From an uncultured bacterium (GTDB lineage Bacteria > Patescibacteriota > Patescibacteriia > Magasanikbacterales > GWA2-37-8): a stretch of DNA of 64,000 bases. The position numbers were made by a program, and so were the translations under genes. Numbering within the stretch: the first letter of the stretch is position 1; each line of letters begins with the position of its first letter. The notes under the pieces were generated by a model, which did no database searches, had not been told where the DNA came from, and saw only the letters and a list, made by a program, of their open reading frames with translations. The stretch covers positions 6,680 to 70,679 of the forward strand of contig CALCZC010000028.1 in NCBI GenBank assembly GCA_937903605.1, read 5' to 3'. Positions 9,013-21,791 of the stretch are shown here, piece by piece.

Positions 9013-11253
9013 ATGTTAGACGTAAAACAATGGTCTATGGATTGGGGTGGCCGTACTTTAACGGTGGAAACCGGTAAATACGCTTTTCTCACCAATGGAT
9101 CCTGTACTGTGCGCTATGGCGATACGGTACTTTTGGCAACTGTAGTCATGAGTAAAAATATTCGTGAGGGTTTGGATTTTTTTCCTTTGATGGTAAATTT
9201 TGAGGAAAAAATGTATGCTGCCGGAAAAATCAAAGGCAGTCGTTTTATCAAACGTGAAGGCAAGGCTAGTGATGAGGCTATACTTTCCGGTCGTTTGGTA
9301 GACAGAGCTATTCGTCCGCTTTTTAATGCTGAAATGCGTAATGATGTACAAGTCGTTTTGACTGCACTTTCTTTTGACGGCGAAAATGATTCTCAAGTTC
9401 CGGCAATGATAGCTGCGGCAACCGTTTTGACAATTTCAGATGTACCTTGGAACGGTCCTATTGCCGGTGCCAGAATTGGAAAGATTGATGGAAAATTTGT
9501 TTTAAATCCTAGTATTGCCGATTGTGCTAAGGGAGATTTAGATGTTTTTGTGGCCGGAACACCGGAAAAGGTGATAATGGTTGAAGCGGAAGCAAGAGAA
9601 ATCCCGGAAGACGAGATGATTGCCGCTATGCAATTTGGCGCTCAAAATCTCAAACCGGTAATTGATTTTATCAATAAAATTCAAAATGAGATTGGAAAAG
9701 AAAAAATCAATTTAGAAGCAAACTTATCTGAGTTTGATAAAAAATTACGTGAAGTTGAAAAACAAGTTCGCGCTTTTGTGAAAAGTCATACAGCTGATTG
9801 GGTTTTTGATACCCCTAAAAAAGGACGATCTGAAAGAGTGGCGATGGTAGATAAATTTAGCGAGGCTATCAAAGAGATACTTGAAACAGAGGGTGTTGAA
9901 GAAGATGTTCAAAAAGTAGTTTTGGCTCGGGTAAAAATTTATGTTGAAGAAGTTATAACTGCCAGGATTTTAGAGAAGAACGAACGCCTGGACGGTCGTA
10001 AAATTGAAGAAATCAGACCTCTTTATAGTGAAATCGGTTTATTACCACGTACTCATGGTTCCGGTATGTTTATGAGAGGAGATACTCAGGTTCTTTCTCT
10101 TGTAACTTTGGGTGCGCCCGGAGACAAACAAACTATAGATACTATGGAAGAAGGCGGTACCAAGAGATATATGCATCACTACAACGACACTCCAGCCAGT
10201 TATGGTGAAGCAGGACCTCTGCGTGGTCCGGGTAATCGCGCTATCGGACACGGAGCTTTGGCGGAAAAAGCGCTTCTCCCTGTTTTACCGGAAGAAAAAG
10301 ATTTTCCATATACTATTCGTGTAGTGTCTGAGGTTATGGGAAGCAATGGCAGCTCTTCTATGGCTTCTACTTGCGGATCAACATTGGCTCTTATGGACGC
10401 TGGAGTGCCTATCAAAAAACCGGTAGCCGGAATTGCGATGGGTTTGGCTAGTATTGACAACGACTGGAAAGTAATTACAGATTTACAAGATATAGAAGAC
10501 GGTCCTGGTGGAATGGATTTCAAAATTACCGGAACGAGCGATGGTATAACCGCAATTCAAATGGACACCAAAACAACCGGTTTGAATTGGGAAATTGTAA
10601 AACAAACTTTTAAACAATCCAAAGAAGCCAGAGAGCATATTTTGGATGTGATGAAAAAAGTAATTGCTGAACCTAAAAAAGAAATGTCCCCATATGCTCC
10701 TAGAATCGTGACTATCATGATCAATCCGGATAAAATCCGTGATGTTATTGGTCCGGGCGGAAAAATGATCAATAAAATTATTGATGAAACTGGTGCTCAA
10801 ATTGACATTGAACAAGATGGACGCGTAATGATCACATCTTCTGATTCTGAAGGTATGAAAAAAGCGGTAGAATGGGTCAAAGCTCTGACTCATGAAATTA
10901 CTGCCGGGGAAACTTATGATGGTGAAGTTGTTCGTTTGGAAGATTTTGGTGCTTTTATAAATGTGCTACCGGGTCAAGACGGACTGGTTCATGTGAGCGA
11001 AATTGCTTGGAGCCGTACCAATAAACCAAGTGATGTTTTGAAAATTGGTGATAAAGTAAAAGTACTTGTAAAAGAAATTGATAATCTTGGTCGAGTAAAT
11101 TTAAGTATCCGTGCCTTATTACCTAAACCGGAAGGTTATGTGGAATATGAAAGACCGCAAAGAAGTGATAGAAATGACAGGGGTGGTAGAAGTGGTGGTG
11201 GTAGACCTTCTCATGGAAGCGGACGAGGCGGATTCGGTGGAAGAGGAAGATAA
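9013..11253 (+). CDS. pnp: Polyribonucleotide nucleotidyltransferase (PNPase)
   Basis: Two RNase PH domains (RLVDRAIRPLF, SNGSSSMAS, MDFK), KH (IGPGGKMI) and S1 domains. Confidence 0.98.
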   Translation: MLDVKQWSMDWGGRTLTVETGKYAFLTNGSCTVRYGDTVLLATVVMSKNIREGLDFFPLMVNFEEKMYAAGKIKGSRFIKREGKASDEAILSGRLVDRAIRPLFNAEMRNDVQVVLTALSFDGENDSQVPAMIAAATVLTISDVPWNGPIAGARIGKIDGKFVLNPSIADCAKGDLDVFVAGTPEKVIMVEAEAREIPEDEMIAAMQFGAQNLKPVIDFINKIQNEIGKEKINLEANLSEFDKKLREVEKQVRAFVKSHTADWVFDTPKKGRSERVAMVDKFSEAIKEILETEGVEEDVQKVVLARVKIYVEEVITARILEKNERLDGRKIEEIRPLYSEIGLLPRTHGSGMFMRGDTQVLSLVTLGAPGDKQTIDTMEEGGTKRYMHHYNDTPASYGEAGPLRGPGNRAIGHGALAEKALLPVLPEEKDFPYTIRVVSEVMGSNGSSSMASTCGSTLALMDAGVPIKKPVAGIAMGLASIDNDWKVITDLQDIEDGPGGMDFKITGTSDGITAIQMDTKTTGLNWEIVKQTFKQSKEAREHILDVMKKVIAEPKKEMSPYAPRIVTIMINPDKIRDVIGPGGKMINKIIDETGAQIDIEQDGRVMITSSDSEGMKKAVEWVKALTHEITAGETYDGEVVRLEDFGAFINVLPGQDGLVHVSEIAWSRTNKPSDVLKIGDKVKVLVKEIDNLGRVNLSIRALLPKPEGYVEYERPQRSDRNDRGGRSGGGRPSHGSGRGGFGGRGR

Positions 11254-11262
11254 AAAATAAAT

Positions 11263-11290
11263 AAAAAAATCTCGGAAACGAGATTTTTTT
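11263..11290 (+). terminator. Intrinsic terminator after pnp
   Basis: AAAAAAATCTCG-gaaa-CGAGATTTTTTT. Confidence 0.8.
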
Positions 11291-11447
11291 ATTTATTAAA
11301 CTACAAATCAAAAATTACAAGTTCCAAACAAAGTTTTGAATTTTGAATTTAATATTTTGGATTTATTTGGTATTTGGTATTTTGAAATTGGTGCTTAATC
11401 GACATTGACTTTCCACTATTTTTATGATTTAATATGTTAGTTAATTT

Positions 11448-11529
11448 GCGGGCGTGGTGAAATTGGTATACACGCATGCCTTAGGAGCATGTACCTAACG
11501 GTTTGAGAGTTCGAGTCTCTCCGCCCGCA
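11448..11529 (+). tRNA. tRNA-Leu(UAG)
   Basis: GCGGGCG/CGCCCGC acceptor stem; CATGC-CTTAGGA-GCATG anticodon arm; long variable arm. Confidence 0.93.
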
Positions 11530-11663
11530 CTAAGAGGAATGCAATAGTTTGCATTCCGTCCGAGAGACGAGAACGGCGGAGCGATATTTGGCGAGTTTTT
11601 TGACGAGCCAAATCGCGAGTTGGTGGTCAGACAAAATTTTCGGAAGAAAATTTTAGTCGCGAC

Positions 11664-11720
11664 CGAGTCTCTCCGCCCGCACGACGCTAAGCGTCCCACT
11701 AAGAGAAATACAATAGTTTG
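11664..11720 (+). repeat. Duplicated tRNA-Leu 3' end and flank (att-like remnant)
   Basis: 19-bp exact copy of 11512-11530 plus a 21-bp flank copy with 2 mismatches. Confidence 0.8.
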
Positions 11721-11764
11721 TTATAAAATATTTTAACTCGCTTAATCGGCGGGTTTTAAAAACT

Positions 11765-12046
11765 ATGTCTGATAAAAACAAATTTCTTAAATTATCTCTT
11801 GAACTTGGATTGGAAATTCCGGAGTTGGATTTGCATGGAGAAAATATAAATGGAGTGGAAGAAAAAATTGATCAATTTATTTATCAAAATTTTTTACAAA
11901 GTGAAAGAGCGGTGAAGATTATTACTGGTGGAGGAACAGGAAAACTAAAAGAAAAAGTAAAAAACTGTTTATCAAAAAATAGCCTAGTAATTGAGGTTGT
12001 GGATGAATTTGGTGCATTGGTAACAATATTGTCAAAAAAGGCTTAA
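11765..12046 (+). CDS. Stand-alone Smr domain protein
   Basis: ELDLHG, KIITGGGTGKLK and GA motifs. Confidence 0.85.
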   Translation: MSDKNKFLKLSLELGLEIPELDLHGENINGVEEKIDQFIYQNFLQSERAVKIITGGGTGKLKEKVKNCLSKNSLVIEVVDEFGALVTILSKKA

Positions 12047-12072
12047 AACAAGGGAAAAAGAAGGTTGTTTTC

Positions 12073-12129
12073 TTGTGGATAACTATCCACAAACCGGCTC
12101 TTGACACCTATCAATTAATTTGCTATCAT
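12073..12129 (+). promoter_or_regulatory. Inverted DnaA-box-like pair plus sigma70 promoter of the 23S-5S transcript
   Basis: TGTGGATAA (12074-82), CTATCCACA (12083-91); TTGACA-17-TATCAT with TGn extension. Confidence 0.7.
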
Positions 12130-12459
12130 TTGCTTTGCAATAAAAAACTATTAAAAACCACGTCCACATTAAACTTTTCGACGGCAACGTCAAATTGGAC
12201 CTCTGGGTAAGAAGCTTAAAAGCTTAAAAAAATGTTTACAGAAAAAACAAATTATCTTACTTAGAATCCAAGCGGTTTAATGGGGCGCCCCATAATTTTG
12301 ACACCGCTTAGATAGGCGGTTGTTTTTTTTAAAAAATATTGGCAGATGATTTTAACTGAAAGTTTTGGTTGAAAACATCTGGTAAGATTACGGATTGTAA
12401 CTTGACAATTTAAAAGAATATTTTGGGGCACGACAAAGAACTTTTTAACGTTTTTGTCG

Positions 12460-15432
<2,973 letters not shown>

Positions 15433-15502
15433 GACGAAAGCATTAAGTAGTGCTTTGAGTGTTCCAAAATATTCTTTTAAATAATTCAAATTTGAGTGTA
15501 GA

Positions 15503-15613
15503 GTTCAGGTGCTTTAAGCGAAGGGGTCACACCCGATCCCATCCCGAACTCGGTAGTTAAGCTCTTCTGCGCCGATGATAGCCCTAAAGGCAAAAGTAGG
15601 CCAGCGCCTGAAC
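15503..15613 (+). rRNA. rrf: 5S ribosomal RNA
   Basis: CACACCCGATCCCATCCCGAACTCGG..GTTAAG motif; terminal stem GTTCAGG/CCTGAAC. Confidence 0.95.
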
Positions 15614-15626
15614 TCTGCATTTAAAG

Positions 15627-15660
15627 AAATACTCCGATTTAAAGTCGGAGTATTTTTATT
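15627..15660 (+). terminator. rRNA operon terminator
   Basis: AAATACTCCGA-tttaaag-TCGGAGTATTT followed by T-run. Confidence 0.8.
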
Positions 15661-15814
15661 TATTAAGACATTGAATTAAATATGCTCGCCCGCCAAAGTC
15701 CCGAAGGACGACGGCGGGAACCCTATACTTAAAAGAAAAACTCGTCTAAAAGACGGGTTTTTTATTTCTTTACTTTTCAACCTAAAATTGGTAAAATATG
15801 GGTAGATTTGTAAA

Positions 15815-16474
15815 ATGAAATATATGCCAGATCTAATCAAAAAGACAATTGAATACGTTAAAGCCAAGCTAAAAGACGAACACACTGGTCATGATTGGTA
15901 TCATACGGAAAGAGTTTGGAAATTAGCTAAAAAACTTCAAGAAGAAGAGGGTGGAAACAAAGAGTTAATAGAACTTTCGGCCTTGTTGCATGATTTGGGT
16001 GATTATAAAAAGTATGAATTTAATCAAATCAAAGGTAATTTTGTGTTATTGGGGATGATGGATGTTTTGGGTATAGAGGAAGAAGATAAAGAAAAAATTT
16101 CTCAAATTATTGAAGACGCTCAATTTATTGGTGATGATACAAAATCTCCGGACTCACTTGAGGCAAAAATAATCCAAGATGCGGATTTCCTTGATGCTTT
16201 GGGAGCTATCGGAATTGCCAGGACTTTTGCCACAGGTGGCAAAATAGGTCGTGTGCTTCATGATCCTTATCGTAAGCCTAGAATCAGACTGAGTAAAAAA
16301 GATTATCAAACAAAAAAGAATGCCGGAACAAGTCTGAATTATTTTTATGAAAAAGTTTTGAAATTGCCGAAAATGATGAATACCAAAACCGGCAAAGAAA
16401 TAGCGGAAAAAAGAGCTGAATGCGTGAAAGATTTTTTGGAAAAGTTTTATAAAGAGTGGGAAGGGAAACAATAA
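15815..16474 (+). CDS. HD-domain phosphohydrolase (YedJ-like)
   Basis: GHDWYHTERV, LLHDLGD, QDADFLDALGAIGIARTF. Confidence 0.9.
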   Translation: MKYMPDLIKKTIEYVKAKLKDEHTGHDWYHTERVWKLAKKLQEEEGGNKELIELSALLHDLGDYKKYEFNQIKGNFVLLGMMDVLGIEEEDKEKISQIIEDAQFIGDDTKSPDSLEAKIIQDADFLDALGAIGIARTFATGGKIGRVLHDPYRKPRIRLSKKDYQTKKNAGTSLNYFYEKVLKLPKMMNTKTGKEIAEKRAECVKDFLEKFYKEWEGKQ

Positions 16475-16521
16475 ATTTTAAATATCAAATTTCCAATTTC
16501 CAATTTCAAATAATAAAATGT

Positions 16522-17499
16522 ATGTTTTTATATCAAAAATTCGGATTTGTTAATACGAAAGAATTGTTTAAAAAAGCGATGAAAGGCAGATACGCCATCC
16601 CAGCGTATAATTTTAATAATATGGAGCAACTGCAAGCTATCATAGAAGCTTGTTTATTGACTCAATCACCGGTGATTTTACAGGTGAGTAAAGGAGCTAG
16701 AGAATATGCTGACCCTACGATGTTGCAACATATGGCTTTTGGTGCGATGGAAATGATGAAAAGAATAGTAAAAGAAAAAAAACTAAAACAAATTCCGATT
16801 GTTTTGCATTTGGATCATGGTGCAGATTTTGAAATTTGCAAAAGCGCAATTGAAAGCGGTTTTTCTTCCGTGATGATAGACGGTTCTTATTTACCTTATG
16901 AAAAAAATATTACTTTGACCAAAAAAGTGGTTGATTTTGCACACAAACACGGAGTTAGTGTAGAGGGAGAACTCGGAGTGCTGTCTGGAGTAGAGGATGA
17001 TGTTAAATCCGAAGTTGCTCATTATACTGATCCAGATCAAGCGGTAGAATTTGTGAAAAAAACCGGCGTTGATTCACTGGCTATTTCTATTGGGACATCT
17101 CACGGTGCTTATAAATTCAAACCCGGAACTAATCCGAAAATTCGTTTGGATATTTTGAAAAAAATTGCTCAAAAATTACCCGGTTTTCCAATAGTTTTAC
17201 ATGGAGCTAGCTCGGTTCCGCAAGAATATGTTAAAATTGCCAATAAAAATGGGGCAAAACTCAATAAAACTATTGGGATAGATGAAAAACAACTTAGAGA
17301 AGCGGCAAAATCCGCAGTGTGTAAAATCAATGTGGATACTGATGGACGATTGGTGATGACCGCGATGGTTCGTCTTGTTTTAAATAATAAAAAAGAAGAA
17401 ATTGATCCGCGTAAATATCTCGGAGTTGCCAGGGAGGAATTGAAGAAAATGTATATGCGTAAAAATAAAGAAGTTTTTGGTAGCTTTGGCAAAGTGTAA
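16522..17499 (+). CDS. fba: Class II fructose-1,6-bisphosphate aldolase
   Basis: LHLDHG, GFSSVMIDGS, GTSHGAYK, VLHGAS. Confidence 0.95.
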   Translation: MFLYQKFGFVNTKELFKKAMKGRYAIPAYNFNNMEQLQAIIEACLLTQSPVILQVSKGAREYADPTMLQHMAFGAMEMMKRIVKEKKLKQIPIVLHLDHGADFEICKSAIESGFSSVMIDGSYLPYEKNITLTKKVVDFAHKHGVSVEGELGVLSGVEDDVKSEVAHYTDPDQAVEFVKKTGVDSLAISIGTSHGAYKFKPGTNPKIRLDILKKIAQKLPGFPIVLHGASSVPQEYVKIANKNGAKLNKTIGIDEKQLREAAKSAVCKINVDTDGRLVMTAMVRLVLNNKKEEIDPRKYLGVAREELKKMYMRKNKEVFGSFGKV

Positions 17500-17502
17500 A
17501 TT

Positions 17503-18180
17503 ATGTTTGATTATATTTTTGTCGATTTGGACGATACAATTTTTGATACCACCAGATTTAAAACCGACATGTTAAAAATTTTGTCGGTTTTTGGTGTCAG
17601 TGCGGATGAATTTCAAAAAGCCTATCTGAAGGCCGGGGATTTACCAAAGCCGGGATATTATGATTATACTTTTGAAAAACAATTGGAAGAATTGCGAAAA
17701 ATGGGATATATCTTGGAAGACAAAATTATCATTTCTTTGAATGATTTGTTCAATAATGGTTATAAAAAAGACGGCGCGGAAGATTTTTTGAAAAGTTTGC
17801 AATGTGTAGGTAAAAAAATAATTTTATTGACTGCGGGTAACCATTTTTTTCAAGATAAAAAAATAAAAAATATCAATTTGACGAAATATTTTGATAGAAT
17901 AGAGATAATAGATGGTGGAAAAGATTTGATTTTAGAAAAAAATGAATTAAATAAAAATAAAATTTTGTTTATCAATGATAATTTGGAAGAAAATAAAATG
18001 ATAAAAGAAAAATTTCCGCAAACGGAAGTGCTAAGTATAGTGAATGAAACTTATTGGACGGAAGAGGAATATAAAAAAGCAGGGTTGACTTATTTTTTAA
18101 ATTTAGCGGAAATAAAAAATTATCTTGTAAAATCTCAAAACTCAAATGTCAAATGTCAAAACCAAAACTTAAAGTTCTAA
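17503..18180 (+). CDS. HAD-family hydrolase
   Basis: VDLDDTIFD motif I; INDN motif IV. Confidence 0.8.
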   Translation: MFDYIFVDLDDTIFDTTRFKTDMLKILSVFGVSADEFQKAYLKAGDLPKPGYYDYTFEKQLEELRKMGYILEDKIIISLNDLFNNGYKKDGAEDFLKSLQCVGKKIILLTAGNHFFQDKKIKNINLTKYFDRIEIIDGGKDLILEKNELNKNKILFINDNLEENKMIKEKFPQTEVLSIVNETYWTEEEYKKAGLTYFLNLAEIKNYLVKSQNSNVKCQNQNLKF

Positions 18181-18243
18181 AACTATAACAGTTTTGACAT
18201 TTACGGTTGTGGTTTTGACTTTTGCGTTTTGACTTTTGAGTTG
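18132..18243. repeat. Mirror array of degenerate ~7-nt repeats
   Basis: (TCAAAAC/TCAAATG)n followed by (TTTTGAC/TTTTGAG)n; related array at 61721-61926. Confidence 0.7.
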
Positions 18244-18270
18244 AATAATAAAAATTAGATAATATATATT

Positions 18271-19026
18271 ATGCAATTAAACAATGTTGGCGTCGTTATC
18301 CTTTCCGCCGGCAAGGGCACTCGCCTTGGCTGTACGGACAAACCCAAAGTCATGCTTGAAATCGGTGGAAAACCGATAGTTTCTTATTTGGTTGAAACCT
18401 TGAAAAGCATGGGGTTGGAACGCGAACAGATTTGCCTGGTCGTTGGTTTTTGTAAAGAAAAAGTAATTGAATATTTTGACGGACAAGTTATTTATGCGCA
18501 GCAAAAAGAACTACTTGGCACTGCTCATGCAGCTTACACCGGGATGATTTCTTTACCACCAAATATTACACAAGTTTTGGTGATGAATGGTGACGATGGA
18601 GCTTTTTATAGTAAAGAAACTTTGGAAAAATTTATGCAAGGACACGCGGAAAGTGGGGCGGTGTTGTCTATTTTGACCGTTGAGTTACAAGATCCGACAA
18701 TGTATGGCCGGATTGTGCGAGAAGAAAATGGAACCACACATATTATTGAAAAAGAATATTTAACTGATGAACAAAAAAAGATAAATGAAACCAGCACCGG
18801 CACTTTTTGTTTTGACCGCGACTGGTTTGAAAGCATGTTTCCAACTATGCCCAGAATGCAAAAATTAAATGAATTTGGTTTGCCGACAACATTATCCGTG
18901 GCCAACGAACAGGGGAAGAAAATCCAAGTGATAAAGCTTGAAAATAATGATGAGTGGTTTGGGATAAATACACCGGAAGAGTTGGATAAAGCCAACGATT
19001 TGAAGAATAAAGTATCCAGTATTTAG
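18271..19026 (+). CDS. GlmU-like nucleotidyltransferase, N-terminal domain only
   Basis: ILSAGKGTRL..PKV, QKELLGTAHA, YGRIVR, GINT; no hexapeptide acetyltransferase domain. Confidence 0.85.
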   Translation: MQLNNVGVVILSAGKGTRLGCTDKPKVMLEIGGKPIVSYLVETLKSMGLEREQICLVVGFCKEKVIEYFDGQVIYAQQKELLGTAHAAYTGMISLPPNITQVLVMNGDDGAFYSKETLEKFMQGHAESGAVLSILTVELQDPTMYGRIVREENGTTHIIEKEYLTDEQKKINETSTGTFCFDRDWFESMFPTMPRMQKLNEFGLPTTLSVANEQGKKIQVIKLENNDEWFGINTPEELDKANDLKNKVSSI

Positions 19027-19097
19027 TATTAAGTATGGAAACTTAGTACAAAATTTATATACTAGATACTGTATACTAAATACTTAATACTAATTTT

Positions 19098-20918
19098 ATG
19101 TGCGGAATCATGGCTTATATCGGCAAAAAAGATGCAACCCCGGTTTTACTTTCGGGATTGCGTCGCTTGGAATATCGCGGTTATGACAGCGCTGGTTTAG
19201 CGATTTTGCAAAATGATAAATTGGTTCGTTTTCGCGCTGTGGGTAAAGTAGATAATCTGGCGGAAAAAGTTAAAAATGAAAAATTAAACGGCAATGTTGG
19301 AATTGCTCATACGCGTTGGGCAACACACGGGGGAGTGACGGAAAACAACACTCATCCTCATAGCGGATGTGATGATAGTTTGATGATTGTTCACAATGGT
19401 ATTATTGAAAATTATCGTGAAATAAAAAAAGAGCTCGATAGTCACGAAATAAAATCTGAAACTGATACAGAAATTTTGGCGCATTTGATAGAAAAAAATT
19501 ATGAGGGCGACCTCAAAGAAGCAGTGGTAAAATCTCTACTGCAAGTGAGGGGAACTTACGGTATTGTGGCAATGCATAAAAACGAACCGCAAAAATTGGT
19601 AGCAGCACGAATGGGCAGTCCGTTGGTGGTTGGTATTGGCGAAGGAGAATATTTTTTGGCTTCCGACGCTTCACCAATTTTGCCTTATACCAAACAGGTA
19701 GTTTTTCTGAGTGATGGCGAGGTGGCGGAAATTACGGAAAATTCCCTGCAAATTTATAATCTCAAAGATCAAAAAGTGGAGAAAAAAATAGAAGAGTTAA
19801 CTTGGAATGAAGAGCAGGCACAAAAACAAGGTTTTCCACACTTCATGTTAAAAGAGATTTTTGACCAGCCGACTGTTTTTGAAGATGCTATTGCCGGGCG
19901 TATCCATTTTGAAGAAGGATCAGCTGTGCTTGGCGGGCTCAATATGACTCCGGAGCAAATGAAAAGTATAAATAGAATTATTTTGATAGCTTGCGGAACA
20001 GCCTCATATGCCGGAATGGTCGGTAAGTTTGCTTTTGAAAGATTGGCCGGTATTCCAACAGACGTAGAAATTGCTTCCGAGTTTCGCTACAAAGATCCGA
20101 TTGTTGACGAACACACACTTGTATTTGGGATTTCGCAATCAGGAGAAACTGCTGATACTCTGGCAGCTCTGCGCGAAGCTAAACGCAAAGGTGCGTATAT
20201 CCGCGGGATTATCAATGTAGTTGGTTCTACTATTGCGCGCGAAACTGATGGTGGAACTTATATTCACGCCGGACCGGAACTTGCTGTGGCTTCTACCAAG
20301 GCTTATACAAACATGGTGGCGATTTTACTTTTGTATGCGATTCAGTTTGGTCGCAATAATAAAATGACTCTAGCTACCGGTCAACGTCTCATCACAGCGC
20401 TCAAAGAAATTCCGGAAAAAATGGATGCAATTTTGGCACAAAATGAAACTATCAAACAAATTGCTTTGAAATACAAAGACACAAAAGATTTTTATTTCTT
20501 GGGACGCGGAATAAATTATCCTGTAGCTTTGGAAGGATCGCTCAAACTCAAAGAAATTTCCTATATTCACAGTGAAGCATATCCCGGCGGAGAGATGAAA
20601 CACGGTCCGATATCACTACTAGACGAAGATTTTCCAGTTTTTGCCATTGCCACCAAAAATCAACTTTATGAAAAAATGGTGAGCAATATTACCGAGGCTA
20701 AAGCGCGAAAAGCAAAAATAGTTGTGTTGGCTACAGAGGGAGATGAAGAGATAAAACACGTGGCTGAAGATGTGATTTATGTTCCGCCTACGATGGAACT
20801 TCTGGAACCACTACTTAACACCTTGCCCCTGCAACTTTTTGCTTATCATATTACTGTTGCACTTGGAAAAGATGTAGATAGGCCGAGAAACCTTGCTAAA
20901 AGTGTTACTGTGGAGTAA
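19098..20918 (+). CDS. glmS: Glutamine-fructose-6-phosphate transaminase
   Basis: MCGI N-terminus, HTRWATHG, SQSGETADT, PRNLAKSVTVE. Confidence 0.98.
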   Translation: MCGIMAYIGKKDATPVLLSGLRRLEYRGYDSAGLAILQNDKLVRFRAVGKVDNLAEKVKNEKLNGNVGIAHTRWATHGGVTENNTHPHSGCDDSLMIVHNGIIENYREIKKELDSHEIKSETDTEILAHLIEKNYEGDLKEAVVKSLLQVRGTYGIVAMHKNEPQKLVAARMGSPLVVGIGEGEYFLASDASPILPYTKQVVFLSDGEVAEITENSLQIYNLKDQKVEKKIEELTWNEEQAQKQGFPHFMLKEIFDQPTVFEDAIAGRIHFEEGSAVLGGLNMTPEQMKSINRIILIACGTASYAGMVGKFAFERLAGIPTDVEIASEFRYKDPIVDEHTLVFGISQSGETADTLAALREAKRKGAYIRGIINVVGSTIARETDGGTYIHAGPELAVASTKAYTNMVAILLLYAIQFGRNNKMTLATGQRLITALKEIPEKMDAILAQNETIKQIALKYKDTKDFYFLGRGINYPVALEGSLKLKEISYIHSEAYPGGEMKHGPISLLDEDFPVFAIATKNQLYEKMVSNITEAKARKAKIVVLATEGDEEIKHVAEDVIYVPPTMELLEPLLNTLPLQLFAYHITVALGKDVDRPRNLAKSVTVE

Positions 20919-20948
20919 AAAAAGCCCCGGTTTTCCCCGGGGTTTATG

Positions 20949-21791
20949 TTAATCGTTTTCTCCTTTTGAAACTTGCTCACGAATTTCCGTGAGCCTCTCT
21001 ATCCACTCTTCACAATCGCTTATCTTGTCCTGGACAAGCTTCATGGAAGAAGTATTGAATTCTTCAGTGGCAACTCGCAGTTCATCTCTGAACTGCTCGA
21101 GTTTTTCCTTGTAGCCCTTGATCCGATCATCAAGCCCGGCCAAACGAGCTTCACGATAAGCTGAAGTGCCGAGTTGAAAATTGGCATTAAGTTCGATACG
21201 GATTCCATGTTCTTTATCTTTGGGGAGGAGACGGACAAAAACCATGTCCGAAACCCACTGCTGCATCTTTTTGATTTCTTGATGCGTGGTGGTGTTGGCT
21301 GCTACTTCACGGATATTTTCCGGAGTAAGCTTCGGATTTTCCTGAAGATATGGAACAACCACCTTTTCTTCCCAAAGATCGTAGATCTTTTTTAAGCGAT
21401 CTTCCTTCATAAAGAATTTGGAAATTTTCTGAAGTTTGAAACTGACCAGATCTTTGAGTTTTTTTTGTCCGATGTTTTGAACAAACACATCAAACGCCTT
21501 GAGGAATTCATCAAAATGAAACTGAGAGATCAGGCTCTTGTGTTCCTCAAAGGATTTTTTGGTTTGTTCAATTTCTGCTTTCGCATCAGCAAGGAGAATT
21601 TCAAATCTCCTTGTGGCCATGTTTTCTACAAAAAGAATTCCCTTTTCAACATCCTCAATATCTTTGAGAGTAGATGATGTCCGGATTCTTTCCTGAAGAT
21701 CCAAAATTCTTTCTTTAAAGATTTCATAAGCCTCTTTTTCCGTAATAGGCTCTTTGGCCTCTGGCGGAAAATCTAAGTAAAAATTTCCCAT
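20949..21791 (-). CDS. Hypothetical helical/coiled-coil protein
   Basis: 280-aa ORF with AGAGG SD-like site and an upstream TTGACA element. Confidence 0.7.
   Translation of the reverse strand: MGNFYLDFPPEAKEPITEKEAYEIFKERILDLQERIRTSSTLKDIEDVEKGILFVENMATRRFEILLADAKAEIEQTKKSFEEHKSLISQFHFDEFLKAFDVFVQNIGQKKLKDLVSFKLQKISKFFMKEDRLKKIYDLWEEKVVVPYLQENPKLTPENIREVAANTTTHQEIKKMQQWVSDMVFVRLLPKDKEHGIRIELNANFQLGTSAYREARLAGLDDRIKGYKEKLEQFRDELRVATEEFNTSSMKLVQDKISDCEEWIERLTEIREQVSKGEND

Noticed and set aside
12073-12092. Replication origin at the DnaA boxes
   Set aside because: Only one box pair, with no dnaA/dnaN nearby and no box cluster; better explained as a promoter-associated site.
19027-19097. glmS ribozyme upstream of glmS
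   Set aside because: The gap is only 71 nt and is filled by an AGTATT/AATACT mirror array with no ribozyme core.
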